The notes under the pieces are model-generated. The model had not been told where the DNA came from and searched no databases. It saw only the letters and a program-made list of their open reading frames with translations. Positions 27,359 to 38,401 of a DNA stretch of 64,000 bases are shown in pieces. The DNA is taken from positions 19,509-83,508 of the IMG/VR virus record IMGVR_UViG_3300045988_101743. One strand, 5' to 3'. The translations under genes were made by a program, and so were the position numbers. Numbering within the stretch: position 1 is the first letter of the stretch; each line of letters starts with the position of its first letter. The DNA comes from a virus.

Positions 27359-27793
27359 ATGGGAACAGAGGTGAATGGAAACTTTTACAGCATCATCGAC
27401 TACCTTCTTGACAAGGTGCGTTTCGATGTTCCGGAGTCCGCAATCAAGCCGATACTCATTGAGAGAGGTTTGGATGGAGGCATGCTTGCCACAGATTGCG
27501 ACAGGGACTCGCTGCGCCTGTGCTATGCAGACTTGTTGAAGTGGTATGTCATTGGTGCGAGCAAGGTGAACAGCACCTCTGACTCAGACAACGGATGGTC
27601 ACATTCTGGAGGAGGCTTCTCGCTTGATGCTGACGACAGGAAGCTTATCATCAAGGAGGCGAACGCCATCTACGGTGAGCTCGAGCCATCGTCGTCGATC
27701 AAGACGAAAGGTTCCTTCAGAATGATGTCCTTCGGTGTCAGGCACGCAGACTATGATATTTCCGGCAATCCGTTACCGCATGTTATAAAGTAG
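27359..27793 (+). CDS. Head-tail joining / head completion candidate, 144 aa.
   Basis: ORF in the connector region. Confidence 0.35.
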   Translation: MGTEVNGNFYSIIDYLLDKVRFDVPESAIKPILIERGLDGGMLATDCDRDSLRLCYADLLKWYVIGASKVNSTSDSDNGWSHSGGGFSLDADDRKLIIKEANAIYGELEPSSSIKTKGSFRMMSFGVRHADYDISGNPLPHVIK

Positions 27794-27796
27794 TAT

Positions 27797-28180
27797 ATGA
27801 GAAAGGATAGGATTGACAACCCACGATACCCGCATCACATAAGGATTGTGCGCGTAAATCCGTCGGCTGGCCAAGGCGCTGACCCTAACGACCCGTTTGC
27901 GGAGCCTGTCAAACCAGGCGAAGATGCTGATGTGGTTGTGTATGACGGTGTTGGACGTTCGTTCACTGATACTACTACGACAGGAAATGACGACGTTGAC
28001 ACAAACAAGAGAAAGGCGTCAATACCTGTCAGGTTTGACATGTGGAAAGTTGGCGTAAGGCCGCTTGATGGAGACACAATCTATGCGACAGTAGGTAATT
28101 ACACCGAAATAGGCCAGGTGAGGGACTTTGAGCCTGACAACAACAGGTCTTTGGTGTACTGGGATTTTGTAAGAGTTTAG
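27797..28180 (+). CDS. Head-tail connector region protein, 127 aa.
   Basis: ORF. Confidence 0.35.
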   Translation: MRKDRIDNPRYPHHIRIVRVNPSAGQGADPNDPFAEPVKPGEDADVVVYDGVGRSFTDTTTTGNDDVDTNKRKASIPVRFDMWKVGVRPLDGDTIYATVGNYTEIGQVRDFEPDNNRSLVYWDFVRV

Positions 28181-28184
28181 GAGT

Positions 28185-28724
28185 ATGGCGGGAGGATTGG
28201 TAGGGCTAAACCGCATCATGAAGGCTGTTCAGCAAAGGTCTGTTGCAGCGACAACAATGACCATGAACGCTGCGGCGGACAGGGCTATTGAGGAGATTCT
28301 CAACGATGTTGATTTCTTTTCGGTAACAGGTAACGCATATACATCAATATCCGCAGGTGTGTACTACAAGGGTGCTCTCATACATATTGCAACTATAGCG
28401 AGACACGCCAAGGAGCCATTGAGACCGAGTATCCGGGCCGGCGAGACATGGATAACGAAGGAGTTCTACGACAAGTCACCGACGCCTTTGAAAAAATACC
28501 GATACAAGGGTAAATATGGACGCGGAGGGCAGTGGGGTCCGACGCTTGGAACATGGTGGCTGAAGAGATTGCATCCTGCGAAGAGAAAAACGTGGGAAAT
28601 CGTCATAGTCATCCCAGTGTCATACGCCAAGTACAACCCAAGGATTGTCGGAACTCTGCAAAAGATGATGGACGCCCTTCCTGCGCAGCTTGACTCTTCT
28701 CTTGTCCGTGTTGAAACCGTTTAA
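28185..28724 (+). CDS. Head-tail connector region protein, 179 aa.
   Basis: ORF. Confidence 0.35.
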   Translation: MAGGLVGLNRIMKAVQQRSVAATTMTMNAAADRAIEEILNDVDFFSVTGNAYTSISAGVYYKGALIHIATIARHAKEPLRPSIRAGETWITKEFYDKSPTPLKKYRYKGKYGRGGQWGPTLGTWWLKRLHPAKRKTWEIVIVIPVSYAKYNPRIVGTLQKMMDALPAQLDSSLVRVETV

Positions 28725-28735
28725 CACAAACCGCA

Positions 28736-29143
28736 ATGATTAGTCTAAGGAGCTTATATAACAACGTTGGAGAACGGATGAAAGGTATTGGCGACAGGTT
28801 GTACTGTCAGGATCGCCCTACGGCTGTCGATACCAGGATCAACAGTTATGTTGTCATATCTTTTCCGTCCGTAATCGCAAACAACGAAATGGATCCGTCT
28901 GGAGCGTACAACGACTACTCGACCACTGTGCTCATTGAGGTGTATGTGCGCGACAAGATGTCTGCAAAAAACCCTGTTGGTATTGATCTGAACGCTATGG
29001 ACGAAAAGGTGTCGATGGTAATGGAGCTCCTTCCATACGAAAGCAAAGGCGTTCAGGTGACAAGGCCAGAGGTGATTATGCAGTCAAACGACGGTAGTGG
29101 ATTTCATGTCACACTCATACGAGCGATGTTGAGAACAAAATAA
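28736..29143 (+). CDS. Tail completion candidate, 135 aa.
   Basis: ORF. Confidence 0.35.
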   Translation: MISLRSLYNNVGERMKGIGDRLYCQDRPTAVDTRINSYVVISFPSVIANNEMDPSGAYNDYSTTVLIEVYVRDKMSAKNPVGIDLNAMDEKVSMVMELLPYESKGVQVTRPEVIMQSNDGSGFHVTLIRAMLRTK

Positions 29144-29174
29144 GAAACTTTTTAACAATTAAAACTTTTACGAT

Positions 29175-29753
29175 ATGGCAATTTCAGCAACAAAAGACCT
29201 CGTTGGCGCATTGAAGAAGATCTTCAACGACCCCGCCACCATCCTGTATTCAACGACGGCCTATGACCTTACAAAGGACAAGACCCTGACGTTCGACTAC
29301 AAGTTGCCCGTCACCGTCGACACCCTTCAGGTCACTCAGGACGACCCGACCATCAACCACTACAAGATCATTGGTCTTAGTGGTGACTGGGCAAGTTCCG
29401 CCACACTCGGCGATGTGTCAATCCAGATGACCATCCCCAACGTTTCTGACGACGCGTTGAAGATGTGCTTCGGCGAGGAGAACGTCAAGACCCTATCCGC
29501 TATCAAGATTGGCTCAGGCACATACGCCGGCAGTGGCGTAATCGCCAAGAAGCACAAGCTTGAGGGCACTGTGGCCGTTGTCGCGTCCAACGAGAACGAT
29601 CTTATGCTCATCAGCGGAACTGCGCTCTTCGCCAAGTTCCTCTACGAGAACCCTGGTACTGACCCGTTCGCCATTCAGTTGAACGGCGGCATCGAGGTAG
29701 ACGAGGCACGTCCTTCTATCTCATGGCTCACAAAGACAACTGAGAGCGTATAA
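29175..29753 (+). CDS. Putative major tail (tube) protein, 192 aa.
   Basis: Lies upstream of the chaperone pair and tape measure. A strong terminator follows. Confidence 0.45.
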   Translation: MAISATKDLVGALKKIFNDPATILYSTTAYDLTKDKTLTFDYKLPVTVDTLQVTQDDPTINHYKIIGLSGDWASSATLGDVSIQMTIPNVSDDALKMCFGEENVKTLSAIKIGSGTYAGSGVIAKKHKLEGTVAVVASNENDLMLISGTALFAKFLYENPGTDPFAIQLNGGIEVDEARPSISWLTKTTESV

Positions 29754-29790
29754 TTCGTCACAAGCAGGATTACAATCATTGACTTTCATT

Positions 29791-29833
29791 GGGCGGCAGG
29801 CTATTGTTAAGAAGCCGCCGCCCTTAATTTTTT
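29791..29833 (+). terminator. Intrinsic terminator after the major tail gene.
   Basis: Hairpin gggcggcaggctattgttaagaagccgccgccc followed by ttaatttttt. Confidence 0.6.
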
Positions 29834-29846
29834 CTAAAAGCCCAAT

Positions 29847-30308
29847 ATGGATAACAAAGAGATAATGCCGCCTGAGAGGAAATTCGAGAAGCTTCTCGAC
29901 GAGCTCATGGAAGCTACACCTGAGGAGTACACCTTTCGCGGAAAGACGCACAAGATGGGATGGCTTCGCAACAAGACAGTCCGCATGATGACACACGCCA
30001 TGCTTCACGAGGAAAACGACCACAAGCGCAACATGAAACTGTGCGCAATCCTTCGTGTGAACAATGTTTTTGCATGGTTCAGGCACCTTGTGTACGCTGT
30101 GAAGTGGAGGTGGTACATGTACGTACTGGACCTTAGTGACATTGAAGCCCTTAGGGTAATCAACGCAGCTAAAAAAAAAGTTCCGTCGGAAGCATCCTTA
30201 GTCATTACCATATTAGCGACCGCGATGATGGACACGTCGATGGCGACGACGAGGAAAGAAGCATCAGCTATCCAAGCCGCACAAGGTGGGGGGCAGCCTT
30301 CTCGTTAA
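29847..30308 (+). CDS. Tail assembly chaperone candidate, 153 aa.
   Basis: First of two small ORFs preceding the tape measure. Confidence 0.4.
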   Translation: MDNKEIMPPERKFEKLLDELMEATPEEYTFRGKTHKMGWLRNKTVRMMTHAMLHEENDHKRNMKLCAILRVNNVFAWFRHLVYAVKWRWYMYVLDLSDIEALRVINAAKKKVPSEASLVITILATAMMDTSMATTRKEASAIQAAQGGGQPSR

Positions 30309-30325
30309 GCGACAAATTTCCATGG

Positions 30326-30574
30326 TTGTTTGAGCGTAAGTTCTTCATCAAGGCTTACGACTACTGGTATGGGTATTCCAAGGCACAGATTGAGCTCATG
30401 ATGATCGACCAGCCAATTACCGTATATCCGAAAGACGAGAAGAACTCCGTAAACGGAGGCCACACAAGGGAGGAGATGCGAAAGATTGCCGAGGAATGGG
30501 AGAAAAAGCACGGAAAGGCTGGCAAGGTTTCCGGCAAGGTGAACCTGTCTGAGTTTCTCGCAGGAGGTAAGTAA
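30326..30574 (+). CDS. Tail assembly chaperone candidate (second ORF), 82 aa.
   Basis: Small ORF directly upstream of the tape measure. Confidence 0.35.
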   Translation: MFERKFFIKAYDYWYGYSKAQIELMMIDQPITVYPKDEKNSVNGGHTREEMRKIAEEWEKKHGKAGKVSGKVNLSEFLAGGK

Positions 30575-30611
30575 GGATAACTTTTACAATCTATTAAACC
30601 AGCGAATATAG

Positions 30612-33600
30612 ATGGCATCAGGAAACATGGGTGACTTGAGTATGACACTCACTCTCAAGTCAAGGATGGAGGACGAGGTAAAGAAGATTGTTGACCAGCT
30701 CAACAAACTCGACGAGTCAGGCAAGAAAGCGCAAGGGGCCCTTGAAAAAATACGAGACTCTGTAAGTGGTGTCAAGGGAGCTGACGGTCTGAAACAGATT
30801 GAAAAGGATTTGAATAGTATCCAACGAAAAATAGATAGTATTCAAAAAGACGATTCAAAGAAAAAAGCTGCCAAAGACCTTGAAACTCTCAGAGTCGCTT
30901 ATGAAAGAGTTTTGGGCATCATGAAAGAGATGCGCAGCCAGGGAATAGAAGGCTTGAACATCTTTCCCAACAGCGTATCCAAGTCCGCAAACGAAGCAGA
31001 GATAGCTTACCGAAAACTTTACAACACCATACAGGATATATCAAAGCTGCATGGTGAGGGATTGTCTATGCTTGGTGTTGGCGCGACAAACAATATTAGG
31101 CAAGTGTTGTCTGACCTTGAAAAATACAAGACAACGCTCGACCAGATACGTTCCAACGGAGGGTTTCATCCCGTCGCTGGATATACAGCATCCGACATAA
31201 CGAAATCCTCTGGATACGTCCAGGCTCTCGACGATGCAAAGCGCTATTACAAGGAGCTAAAGGAGGCTATGCGCTTGGCAGAGGAGGAGGAGAAGCGCAA
31301 TGTCGGCATTGTCGAGAGCCTTATCCAGCAGAGGGTAAAGGCAAGGGAACTTGCTGCCCAAAAGGAAGCGGAGGCCGAGAAGCAAAGACAAGAGCAGGCC
31401 AAGGTTTCTGCACAGATTGCACAGGAGAATGCAATGAGCGAAATCAAGTGGAACGAGCAGAAATCGAAGGCTTTCTCTGAAGCACTACGTAGGCAGATGC
31501 AGGCCTCCGTTGAGGCCGAGAAGAAAGGGCAAGTATCTCTGTTTGCCAATGGGTTTGATACGAGCGTGCTCGAAAAACGCCTTGCGATATTGAACCGAAT
31601 GAAGGAAATACAGGAGAAGCTTGAGTTCTATCGCCCAAAGCTACAATACTCTTGGCTTGACTATCAGACGAGCGCAAAGTTCGGAAACGCCAACGATCCT
31701 TCTATAAGGCACAAGGAAGACGATCTTCAGCGTTTGAGGAATATTGTTGCTGACTTGGAGTCGGAGTTCAATAAGATCGGCGGAAACGACGTATTTAGGA
31801 ACATCGACAATCAAATCAAAAGCATTGAACAAACGATAGCTCGTTTGAAGGATTCTACCGGTTCTGTGAATCTTGGAAAACTACTTGGCTTGGAAAACAA
31901 GTCAACAGACGAATTTAGGGTTGCCAAAGAAGCAGCCATGGCTACAGAGGCACATGTAAAGAGGCAGAATGAGCTAACTGCCGCTTTTGAGAAATATTTC
32001 CGTGTCCAAGAGCAGGTTGAGGCAGCGGAGAAAAGGCTTGCAGAAGCTACCGCAAGAACAAATCAGGCTCGGCGAGAGGCCATAGCCGCATCAAGGCAAC
32101 AGGCGGAATCTCTTGTTCGTAACAGAGTTAAGGAACTTGAAGCTCAAAGGAAGCAACTACAGGAATTGTTCGGTAGTGGAAAGAGTGTGCTTAACACGCA
32201 AGAACTATCACAGGTACAACGAGCCTTCTCTCAAATTACGCAAGAAATAAACACACTGCGTAGTGCGATGAATAACCTTGGTGGCTATTCCATAAAGGAC
32301 TTATTCTCCATTGGAAGGGGAACGAGTGACTATACACCGATGATAGGAAACATGAGAACTGTCATCGACCAGAAGCAAAAGGCTATTGAACTTGAAAGGC
32401 AGCATCGCAATGAACTCGCAGCAACCATAGCAAGCGCAAACAAGGAGGCCGAGCGCATGAGAGGAATTATTGGTGACATCAAGTCGTTGTTTTTACAAGG
32501 AGGGCTTGTCTTTGGCGCGCAGCAATTCTTCAATTCCATCGTACAGACTGGCGGCGAGATTGTACAACAGCACATCGCATTGCGTTCTATCATTGGCGAC
32601 GTACAGAAAGCTGACGAATTATTTGCACAAACCCAGCAGCTCGCCTTGCAGTCACCTTTTAAGTTTGGTGAATTGAACAGAGATGTCAAGCAACTTGCTG
32701 CGTTTGGAGTGGAGGCGAGCGAGTTGTACGACACCACAAAACGTCTCGCTGACATTTCCTCTGGACTTGGCGTTTCGTTCGAGCGACTTGGTCTTGCGTA
32801 TGGTCAGGTAAAGGCTCGTTCATGGCTCGACGGAAAGGAACTTAGGCAGTTCGCTTACGCCGGTCTTCCTCTGTTGCAGAAAATTACAGACCTCTACAAC
32901 GCAGAGGGCAAGAATGGGCGGAGGAACTATACAAACTCTGATGTCAAGAAGATGATCACCAACAGACAGGTCAGCTTTGAGGACGTCCAGAAGGTTCTTT
33001 GGCAAATGACGGACAAAGGCGGACAATTCTACAACATGCAGTTCGTCTTGTCTGAGACACTCCTTGGAAAATGGAACAAGCTCATCGACGCATGGGACAT
33101 CATGCTTGGCAAGTTCGCAGAAGGCAGGAGCGTTATTGGGGGAACATTCAAATACGCCATTGACGGAACGACGGCATTGGTGCAGACTCTCGATAAGATT
33201 TCCCCAGCATTGCTGTCTCTTGGAGCCGTATCTGTCTCGCGTATGATTGGACGAGCAGCGATGTCTGGAATAGGAGTCAACTCTTTGCAGAGGAGATTTA
33301 TGTCTGGCGTCAACGAGCAGTTGAAGATATATGCCGTCAAGCAACAGGAGGCTGTTGTAGAGGGCAAGATAACACAGCAGCTTGCCCAGCAGAATGTCTT
33401 CAAGCGTGCGTCGCTTCTTTCAGACCGACAGAGTCAACAGGCAGCTTACAACAGGATGGCAATTGAAGGAAAGTTGTCGGTCCTCCAGATGCAGACTCTT
33501 GTCGGGAAGAAACAACTTTCTGCGGAAATCATTAAGCAACTCACCTTGATGGGGCAGATAACCGCAAGGCAGGAACAAATAATCCTTGGAGGAAGCCGAA

Positions 33601-36600
33601 TGGCCGCAGTGTGGAACGGAGCTACGACGAAGCTCGGGGGAATGATGAGCTTCTTCGGCGGATGGTGGGGACTTGCGATTACTGGTATAACGTCATTGTT
33701 CCTTGGTTATTCTCAATGGTCAGACAAGGTAAAGGAGGACGAGAAGAGCCTTATGGATGGAGCAAGGCAACGCTCAAAGAACTATGGAGAGTTTTTGAAT
33801 GGGCTTGGAAACAAGGGTGATGTCGACTTGTCTACACAGGTGGAGTCCATGAAGGATATTCTTCAGAACTCAAACGACTATACAGATTCCATCAAGGAGC
33901 AAGTCGAGAACGCCTACGACCTATCAGAGCAATACGACATCCTTAAAGAGAAGATTAAGGAATCCAAGGATGTTAACGACGCACTTGTTAACAAATACGG
34001 TCCGTCGGTAAGCAATGCCACCGCCTCTACCGGTCTTGAGAACGACTCGCTGTTCGATTTGTTTGGCCTCGATACTCCAGGATGGCTCAAGTGGCTTAAT
34101 GGTCTTGGCAACGACTCCATTGAGAAGAATGCCGAGGACGCGCAAACGTCATTGCAGAAGTACCAGGTGATGTTTGACGAGCTTGACACGAATACGAAGT
34201 CTAAGATGCAGGACTTTATCAATACGCTCATCAGTGGCAATGCGGAGCTGTCAAGACAGATAAAGGGTCTTCCTATCGCTGAACAAGTGAGGATGCTCGC
34301 GGCTATTGGAGGCGATGATTGGGAAAGGTTTGTTGATCGTTTCGTTTCCGGCAGCGAGATGACGCAGGAGCAGTTCAAGGAACTGTCCAACAGGGCCAAG
34401 GAGTCAAGCGGAGACATCTCCGAAATAATGTATGACGACATTCCAAAGGCGCTTGATTCATTGAGGAAAGACCTTGGAATGTCACAGGAGCAGTTCAAGG
34501 AATGGGCCAAGAAGAATCCCGTCATCTTTGCTTCGATGATGGATAAGATTGCGCAGAAGGCGAACATAACGAGCAAGACAATCCTTTTCTACTTCCACTC
34601 TGCGATAAGCGAGTTGATGAACATGGATTTCTGGCCTGGCAGCAAGAGCGGAGGAGGAAGAAAGAAATACAGAACGGGCCTTGAGGGGTTCTCGAAGATG
34701 ATATTCGAGAACGCTATACTTGACGGCACTCTTACAGGAAAGAAGAAAAAGGGTGAGTTCTGGGTCTCGGAATACGTAAATGCCCTGAAGAAGGTTCAGG
34801 CAGGAACGTATGAGGAGACAGGAAAGAACATACAGAGCAAGCTCAAGGATGCGAGAAACGAGCTTGATATGCAGGATACTGCCGCCAAGAAGCTAAACTC
34901 CAAGAGAAGGGAGGCTTTTTACAAGAGTAGCGATTATTTGAAGGCCAAGAGGGAATACGAGCTATGGAGCGACATAGCCAAGCATGGGGGTGTATCGGAC
35001 GATCTTGGCAAGAATAAGGTTACTGGTAACTATGCCAAAGAAAAGGGAAAGAACTTGGATGCGGAGGCCAGTAAGGCTGACAGGGAGCATCTTAGAGCCT
35101 TGCAGGCACGTCTGAAGCTCATCAAGGACGCTTATAGTATGTATAAGCAATACTACGAGATGCTACATGACGAGAAGGAGGCGAGCCGCATTGTCGCCGA
35201 CAGGTTTAAGGACCAAGGCTTGTCGAATGATGACGTAGCGAAGATACGTTCAGAGAAGGACTTGCTGTCTCTTGTGCAGAACTATATCAGTAGAGTGCGC
35301 GCATGGACGCCGAAGCGGCCACTGGAGATGAAGGATAGCAAAGATGCCGCCATATCAGAAGGCGTGAAGGAGACTGACGACATCAGGTATCGTGCGGCCA
35401 AAGAGGCTCTTGACGACTATACGAACGCCACAGCGCTCGACCTTGACATGATGACAAAGCAGTGGGATGCCTTCCAAAAGGTTCTCGCTTCAACTGGAAG
35501 CTACGACCTTGCTGCGGAGATTTCCGGAATATCCAAAGACAAGAATGCAATAGACAGGAATATTTATCCTACTGGAACAATGAGTAGCGAGTACGTGTCT
35601 CGGTTCTCAGACTTCCTCAGGAATTATCTTGATTCCGTATTGTCATCATCCGGGAAAATTGGTGGGGAAACCATTCTTGGTGACAATTACGACAAGGTCG
35701 CAGGAATGACAGATCAGCAAATAGAAAAGTATGCTGGGTCTTTGTTAAGCAAGAACGCTCCACAGAAAATCGGAGGATTCATCAGCGCTCTGAAGAAGCT
35801 CCGTGATTTAATGACAAACACCGAGTATAAGGATGGCATCGAGGCTTACACAAACCTTATCGAAAAGGTTATTACACAGACGGCTAAGATTGCGAGAAAC
35901 AAGGCGGATTTTGAGAATGCGAAGAGCAAGATTATGGCCGCATACTCAAATGGAACTATCGACAAAGGCCAGAAGGACGATGCGCTGTCAATCGCCAGAG
36001 CCGTCATGAACGACAAGGATTTGAAGGCTTCTGACTCGTACAGCCAATTCATGGACCAGATAACATCCATGACCGAGAAGGCTGCCAACGGTATGCGAGA
36101 CAAGATTTTGGCCAACCTTGACGAACAATACTCAAAGGGGCTTATCTCCGCGAGTGATTACGCTAACGGCATCCAAAAGGTAAACGACCAAATGGAGGCG
36201 TTCATAAGTAGTAAGAGCCCTGCGCAGGCTTTGCTGACAGGAGGGCTTGAGGGCTTTTTGAATGACCGAAAGCAGAAGGTGAAAGACAAGATTCGCGCTG
36301 ATATGGAGAATGGAGGCGGTGAATATTGGGGTCTTGATCCCGAAACGGGGAAGCTCGGTCTCACAAAGAAGGGAAAGAAAGCCTCTGAAGGAACCGCAAA
36401 GATTGCGTCCAAGCTCAACTTTGTCGGTTCGATCATTGGAAGCGTAAACGAGAACATTCAGTCATACAAGAAACTTGAGGAAACCTGGACGAACGCCTTT
36501 GGAGAAGGTTTGAAGAACAGCGGATTCTCTCGGTTCATGGATGGACTCATGGATGTTTCTGGAGGTGTTCAGGAGGCGTGGTCCTCTCTATTGAAGGGAG

Positions 36601-37826
36601 ATTTCGTTGGAACTCTCGATGGAGTTCTAAACACCTTCACAGGATGGTTTTCGTGGGGAAACGCAGCAAAGAACCGCAGCTACGAGAAGCAGGCTGAGTA
36701 TCTAAAGAACATCCAAGCGACCGTTTCCGACATCAACAACAATGTCAAGAAAAGGATGTCGTCAGAGGGCGGAAGCAAGATACAGTCTCTTGGAGAGGCA
36801 TACAAGGGGAACTTGCGAAACGAAGCAGCCGAGGTTCGTGAGACTTACTATCGTTGGTCACAGGCACATACGCTCCACAAGAACCACAGGAATCGTATGT
36901 ACACGAACCTTGACTACAATCAGATAAATGATTATCTGAGAAGTATCGGTTACGACGGAGAGGACGTGCGAAGCGACACCATACAGAATCTGTCTGGAGA
37001 ATGGCTTAGCAAGATACGTGAGCGGTTTGCTGGAATGTGGGCAAAGATACCACAGGAGGCGAAGGATTACCTCAATAGGCTCATCGAGATTGAGGGTAAG
37101 ACTGGAGAGATAACCGATATGACGAGCGAGATCATCCAGGCGCTGACAGGCTTGAATAAGGACGAGCTTCGCACAGAGTACAAAGACTTGCTCAATGACC
37201 TTAATTCCGACAATGAGGATTTTGCTGATTCGTTCGAGAAACATCTTCGCGACGCTATTCTTGGCGGTATGATTTCCAACTTATACAAATCAGCGATCGA
37301 CGACCTCGTGAAGAAAGCAGCCGAGAGCGCAAGCACTACATCAGGATATTATGTTGACAAGAATGGAAACGTAAAGAAGCATACGGGCGGAGATGACTCC
37401 GCAGACACGGCGTCCGAGTACACGCAGGACGAGTACGAGGCGTTGAACAAGCAAAACACCGAGCTTTCCGAGAAGATGCGGGATACGCGTGATATGCTCA
37501 AGGAGCTGTATGGTTGGTCGGATTCGGGAAGCTCGTCCATGAGAAGCTCCGCTGTGGGCATAACTGAGCAGGCTGCTGACTATCTCGCAAGCTACATCAA
37601 TGCAACACGTGCCGATGTAAGTGTGATAAGGCAGCTTGAAGGTGTTTATTTCGCAAAGTTTGACGTGACGGCACTTGCCCAACTTGAGCAGTTGACGATG
37701 ATCTCCGAGAATACGCTAAGAAACGCAGATGCCGCGGTTGCCATACAGACAGCTGTGTACGAGATTAAGGACATGATAAACAAGTCGCAGAGCGGAATTA
37801 AGCCAATCTATGTGAATGTCAAGTAA
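30612..37826 (+). CDS. Tail tape measure protein, 2404 aa.
   Basis: Giant ORF dominated by coiled-coil, low-complexity sequence with an internal hydrophobic segment (GGMMSFFGGWWGLAITGITSLFLGY), in the canonical position. Confidence 0.75.
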   Translation: MASGNMGDLSMTLTLKSRMEDEVKKIVDQLNKLDESGKKAQGALEKIRDSVSGVKGADGLKQIEKDLNSIQRKIDSIQKDDSKKKAAKDLETLRVAYERVLGIMKEMRSQGIEGLNIFPNSVSKSANEAEIAYRKLYNTIQDISKLHGEGLSMLGVGATNNIRQVLSDLEKYKTTLDQIRSNGGFHPVAGYTASDITKSSGYVQALDDAKRYYKELKEAMRLAEEEEKRNVGIVESLIQQRVKARELAAQKEAEAEKQRQEQAKVSAQIAQENAMSEIKWNEQKSKAFSEALRRQMQASVEAEKKGQVSLFANGFDTSVLEKRLAILNRMKEIQEKLEFYRPKLQYSWLDYQTSAKFGNANDPSIRHKEDDLQRLRNIVADLESEFNKIGGNDVFRNIDNQIKSIEQTIARLKDSTGSVNLGKLLGLENKSTDEFRVAKEAAMATEAHVKRQNELTAAFEKYFRVQEQVEAAEKRLAEATARTNQARREAIAASRQQAESLVRNRVKELEAQRKQLQELFGSGKSVLNTQELSQVQRAFSQITQEINTLRSAMNNLGGYSIKDLFSIGRGTSDYTPMIGNMRTVIDQKQKAIELERQHRNELAATIASANKEAERMRGIIGDIKSLFLQGGLVFGAQQFFNSIVQTGGEIVQQHIALRSIIGDVQKADELFAQTQQLALQSPFKFGELNRDVKQLAAFGVEASELYDTTKRLADISSGLGVSFERLGLAYGQVKARSWLDGKELRQFAYAGLPLLQKITDLYNAEGKNGRRNYTNSDVKKMITNRQVSFEDVQKVLWQMTDKGGQFYNMQFVLSETLLGKWNKLIDAWDIMLGKFAEGRSVIGGTFKYAIDGTTALVQTLDKISPALLSLGAVSVSRMIGRAAMSGIGVNSLQRRFMSGVNEQLKIYAVKQQEAVVEGKITQQLAQQNVFKRASLLSDRQSQQAAYNRMAIEGKLSVLQMQTLVGKKQLSAEIIKQLTLMGQITARQEQIILGGSRMAAVWNGATTKLGGMMSFFGGWWGLAITGITSLFLGYSQWSDKVKEDEKSLMDGARQRSKNYGEFLNGLGNKGDVDLSTQVESMKDILQNSNDYTDSIKEQVENAYDLSEQYDILKEKIKESKDVNDALVNKYGPSVSNATASTGLENDSLFDLFGLDTPGWLKWLNGLGNDSIEKNAEDAQTSLQKYQVMFDELDTNTKSKMQDFINTLISGNAELSRQIKGLPIAEQVRMLAAIGGDDWERFVDRFVSGSEMTQEQFKELSNRAKESSGDISEIMYDDIPKALDSLRKDLGMSQEQFKEWAKKNPVIFASMMDKIAQKANITSKTILFYFHSAISELMNMDFWPGSKSGGGRKKYRTGLEGFSKMIFENAILDGTLTGKKKKGEFWVSEYVNALKKVQAGTYEETGKNIQSKLKDARNELDMQDTAAKKLNSKRREAFYKSSDYLKAKREYELWSDIAKHGGVSDDLGKNKVTGNYAKEKGKNLDAEASKADREHLRALQARLKLIKDAYSMYKQYYEMLHDEKEASRIVADRFKDQGLSNDDVAKIRSEKDLLSLVQNYISRVRAWTPKRPLEMKDSKDAAISEGVKETDDIRYRAAKEALDDYTNATALDLDMMTKQWDAFQKVLASTGSYDLAAEISGISKDKNAIDRNIYPTGTMSSEYVSRFSDFLRNYLDSVLSSSGKIGGETILGDNYDKVAGMTDQQIEKYAGSLLSKNAPQKIGGFISALKKLRDLMTNTEYKDGIEAYTNLIEKVITQTAKIARNKADFENAKSKIMAAYSNGTIDKGQKDDALSIARAVMNDKDLKASDSYSQFMDQITSMTEKAANGMRDKILANLDEQYSKGLISASDYANGIQKVNDQMEAFISSKSPAQALLTGGLEGFLNDRKQKVKDKIRADMENGGGEYWGLDPETGKLGLTKKGKKASEGTAKIASKLNFVGSIIGSVNENIQSYKKLEETWTNAFGEGLKNSGFSRFMDGLMDVSGGVQEAWSSLLKGDFVGTLDGVLNTFTGWFSWGNAAKNRSYEKQAEYLKNIQATVSDINNNVKKRMSSEGGSKIQSLGEAYKGNLRNEAAEVRETYYRWSQAHTLHKNHRNRMYTNLDYNQINDYLRSIGYDGEDVRSDTIQNLSGEWLSKIRERFAGMWAKIPQEAKDYLNRLIEIEGKTGEITDMTSEIIQALTGLNKDELRTEYKDLLNDLNSDNEDFADSFEKHLRDAILGGMISNLYKSAIDDLVKKAAESASTTSGYYVDKNGNVKKHTGGDDSADTASEYTQDEYEALNKQNTELSEKMRDTRDMLKELYGWSDSGSSSMRSSAVGITEQAADYLASYINATRADVSVIRQLEGVYFAKFDVTALAQLEQLTMISENTLRNADAAVAIQTAVYEIKDMINKSQSGIKPIYVNVK

Positions 37827-37870
37827 AGACAGGGACACTGTAAGCCAATCTTTATAAAAAATATGAAGAT

Positions 37871-38401
37871 TTGTTTACAGTGCTTCTTGCAAGTTTATAC
37901 ATTTATTCGTATATTTGTGAAACATTTATACAATCTCCATACATCATGAAGTATTATAGGTATTTTATACAAAAAGAGTCGAATGGTTCGCCTGTCAAGG
38001 AGACTGGTGAGGATTTTGATATTTTTGAAATGGAGAGCAGTTTTTACGGAGGTAATGAGGCTAAGGATGTCCCTAAGCGCACATGGTATGACGAGCATGG
38101 AGATGATGAGTTTGTACCAGACACGCTCATGATGCAAGCCAAGGAACACTCCGTGAAGTTTGGCTACAAGGGAGACAAGTTCTCTGCAAACGCAGCCATC
38201 AAGTCATTCATCAACTATCTGTCAACTGGCGGAAAGATGAAAATATATGACGAGTACAACCAAATCGGACGTCAACACGTAAGGTTCAAGTCGCTCAATG
38301 ACAGCGCAGAGCTGTTCCGTGACGACGATGGAGATATTCTCGTATTTACTGTCAACTTTAAGGTGAACGACCCAGTCACCGACATAACGCTAAAGAAATG
38401 A
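37871..38401 (+). CDS. Distal tail / baseplate candidate, 176 aa.
   Basis: ORF between the tape measure and the fibre gene. Confidence 0.35.
   Translation: MFTVLLASLYIYSYICETFIQSPYIMKYYRYFIQKESNGSPVKETGEDFDIFEMESSFYGGNEAKDVPKRTWYDEHGDDEFVPDTLMMQAKEHSVKFGYKGDKFSANAAIKSFINYLSTGGKMKIYDEYNQIGRQHVRFKSLNDSAELFRDDDGDILVFTVNFKVNDPVTDITLKK

Noticed and set aside
29847-30574. Programmed -1 frameshift joining the two tail chaperone ORFs
   Set aside because: The two ORFs are separated by a stop and an 18-nt gap rather than overlapping. No slippery heptamer was seen at the junction.
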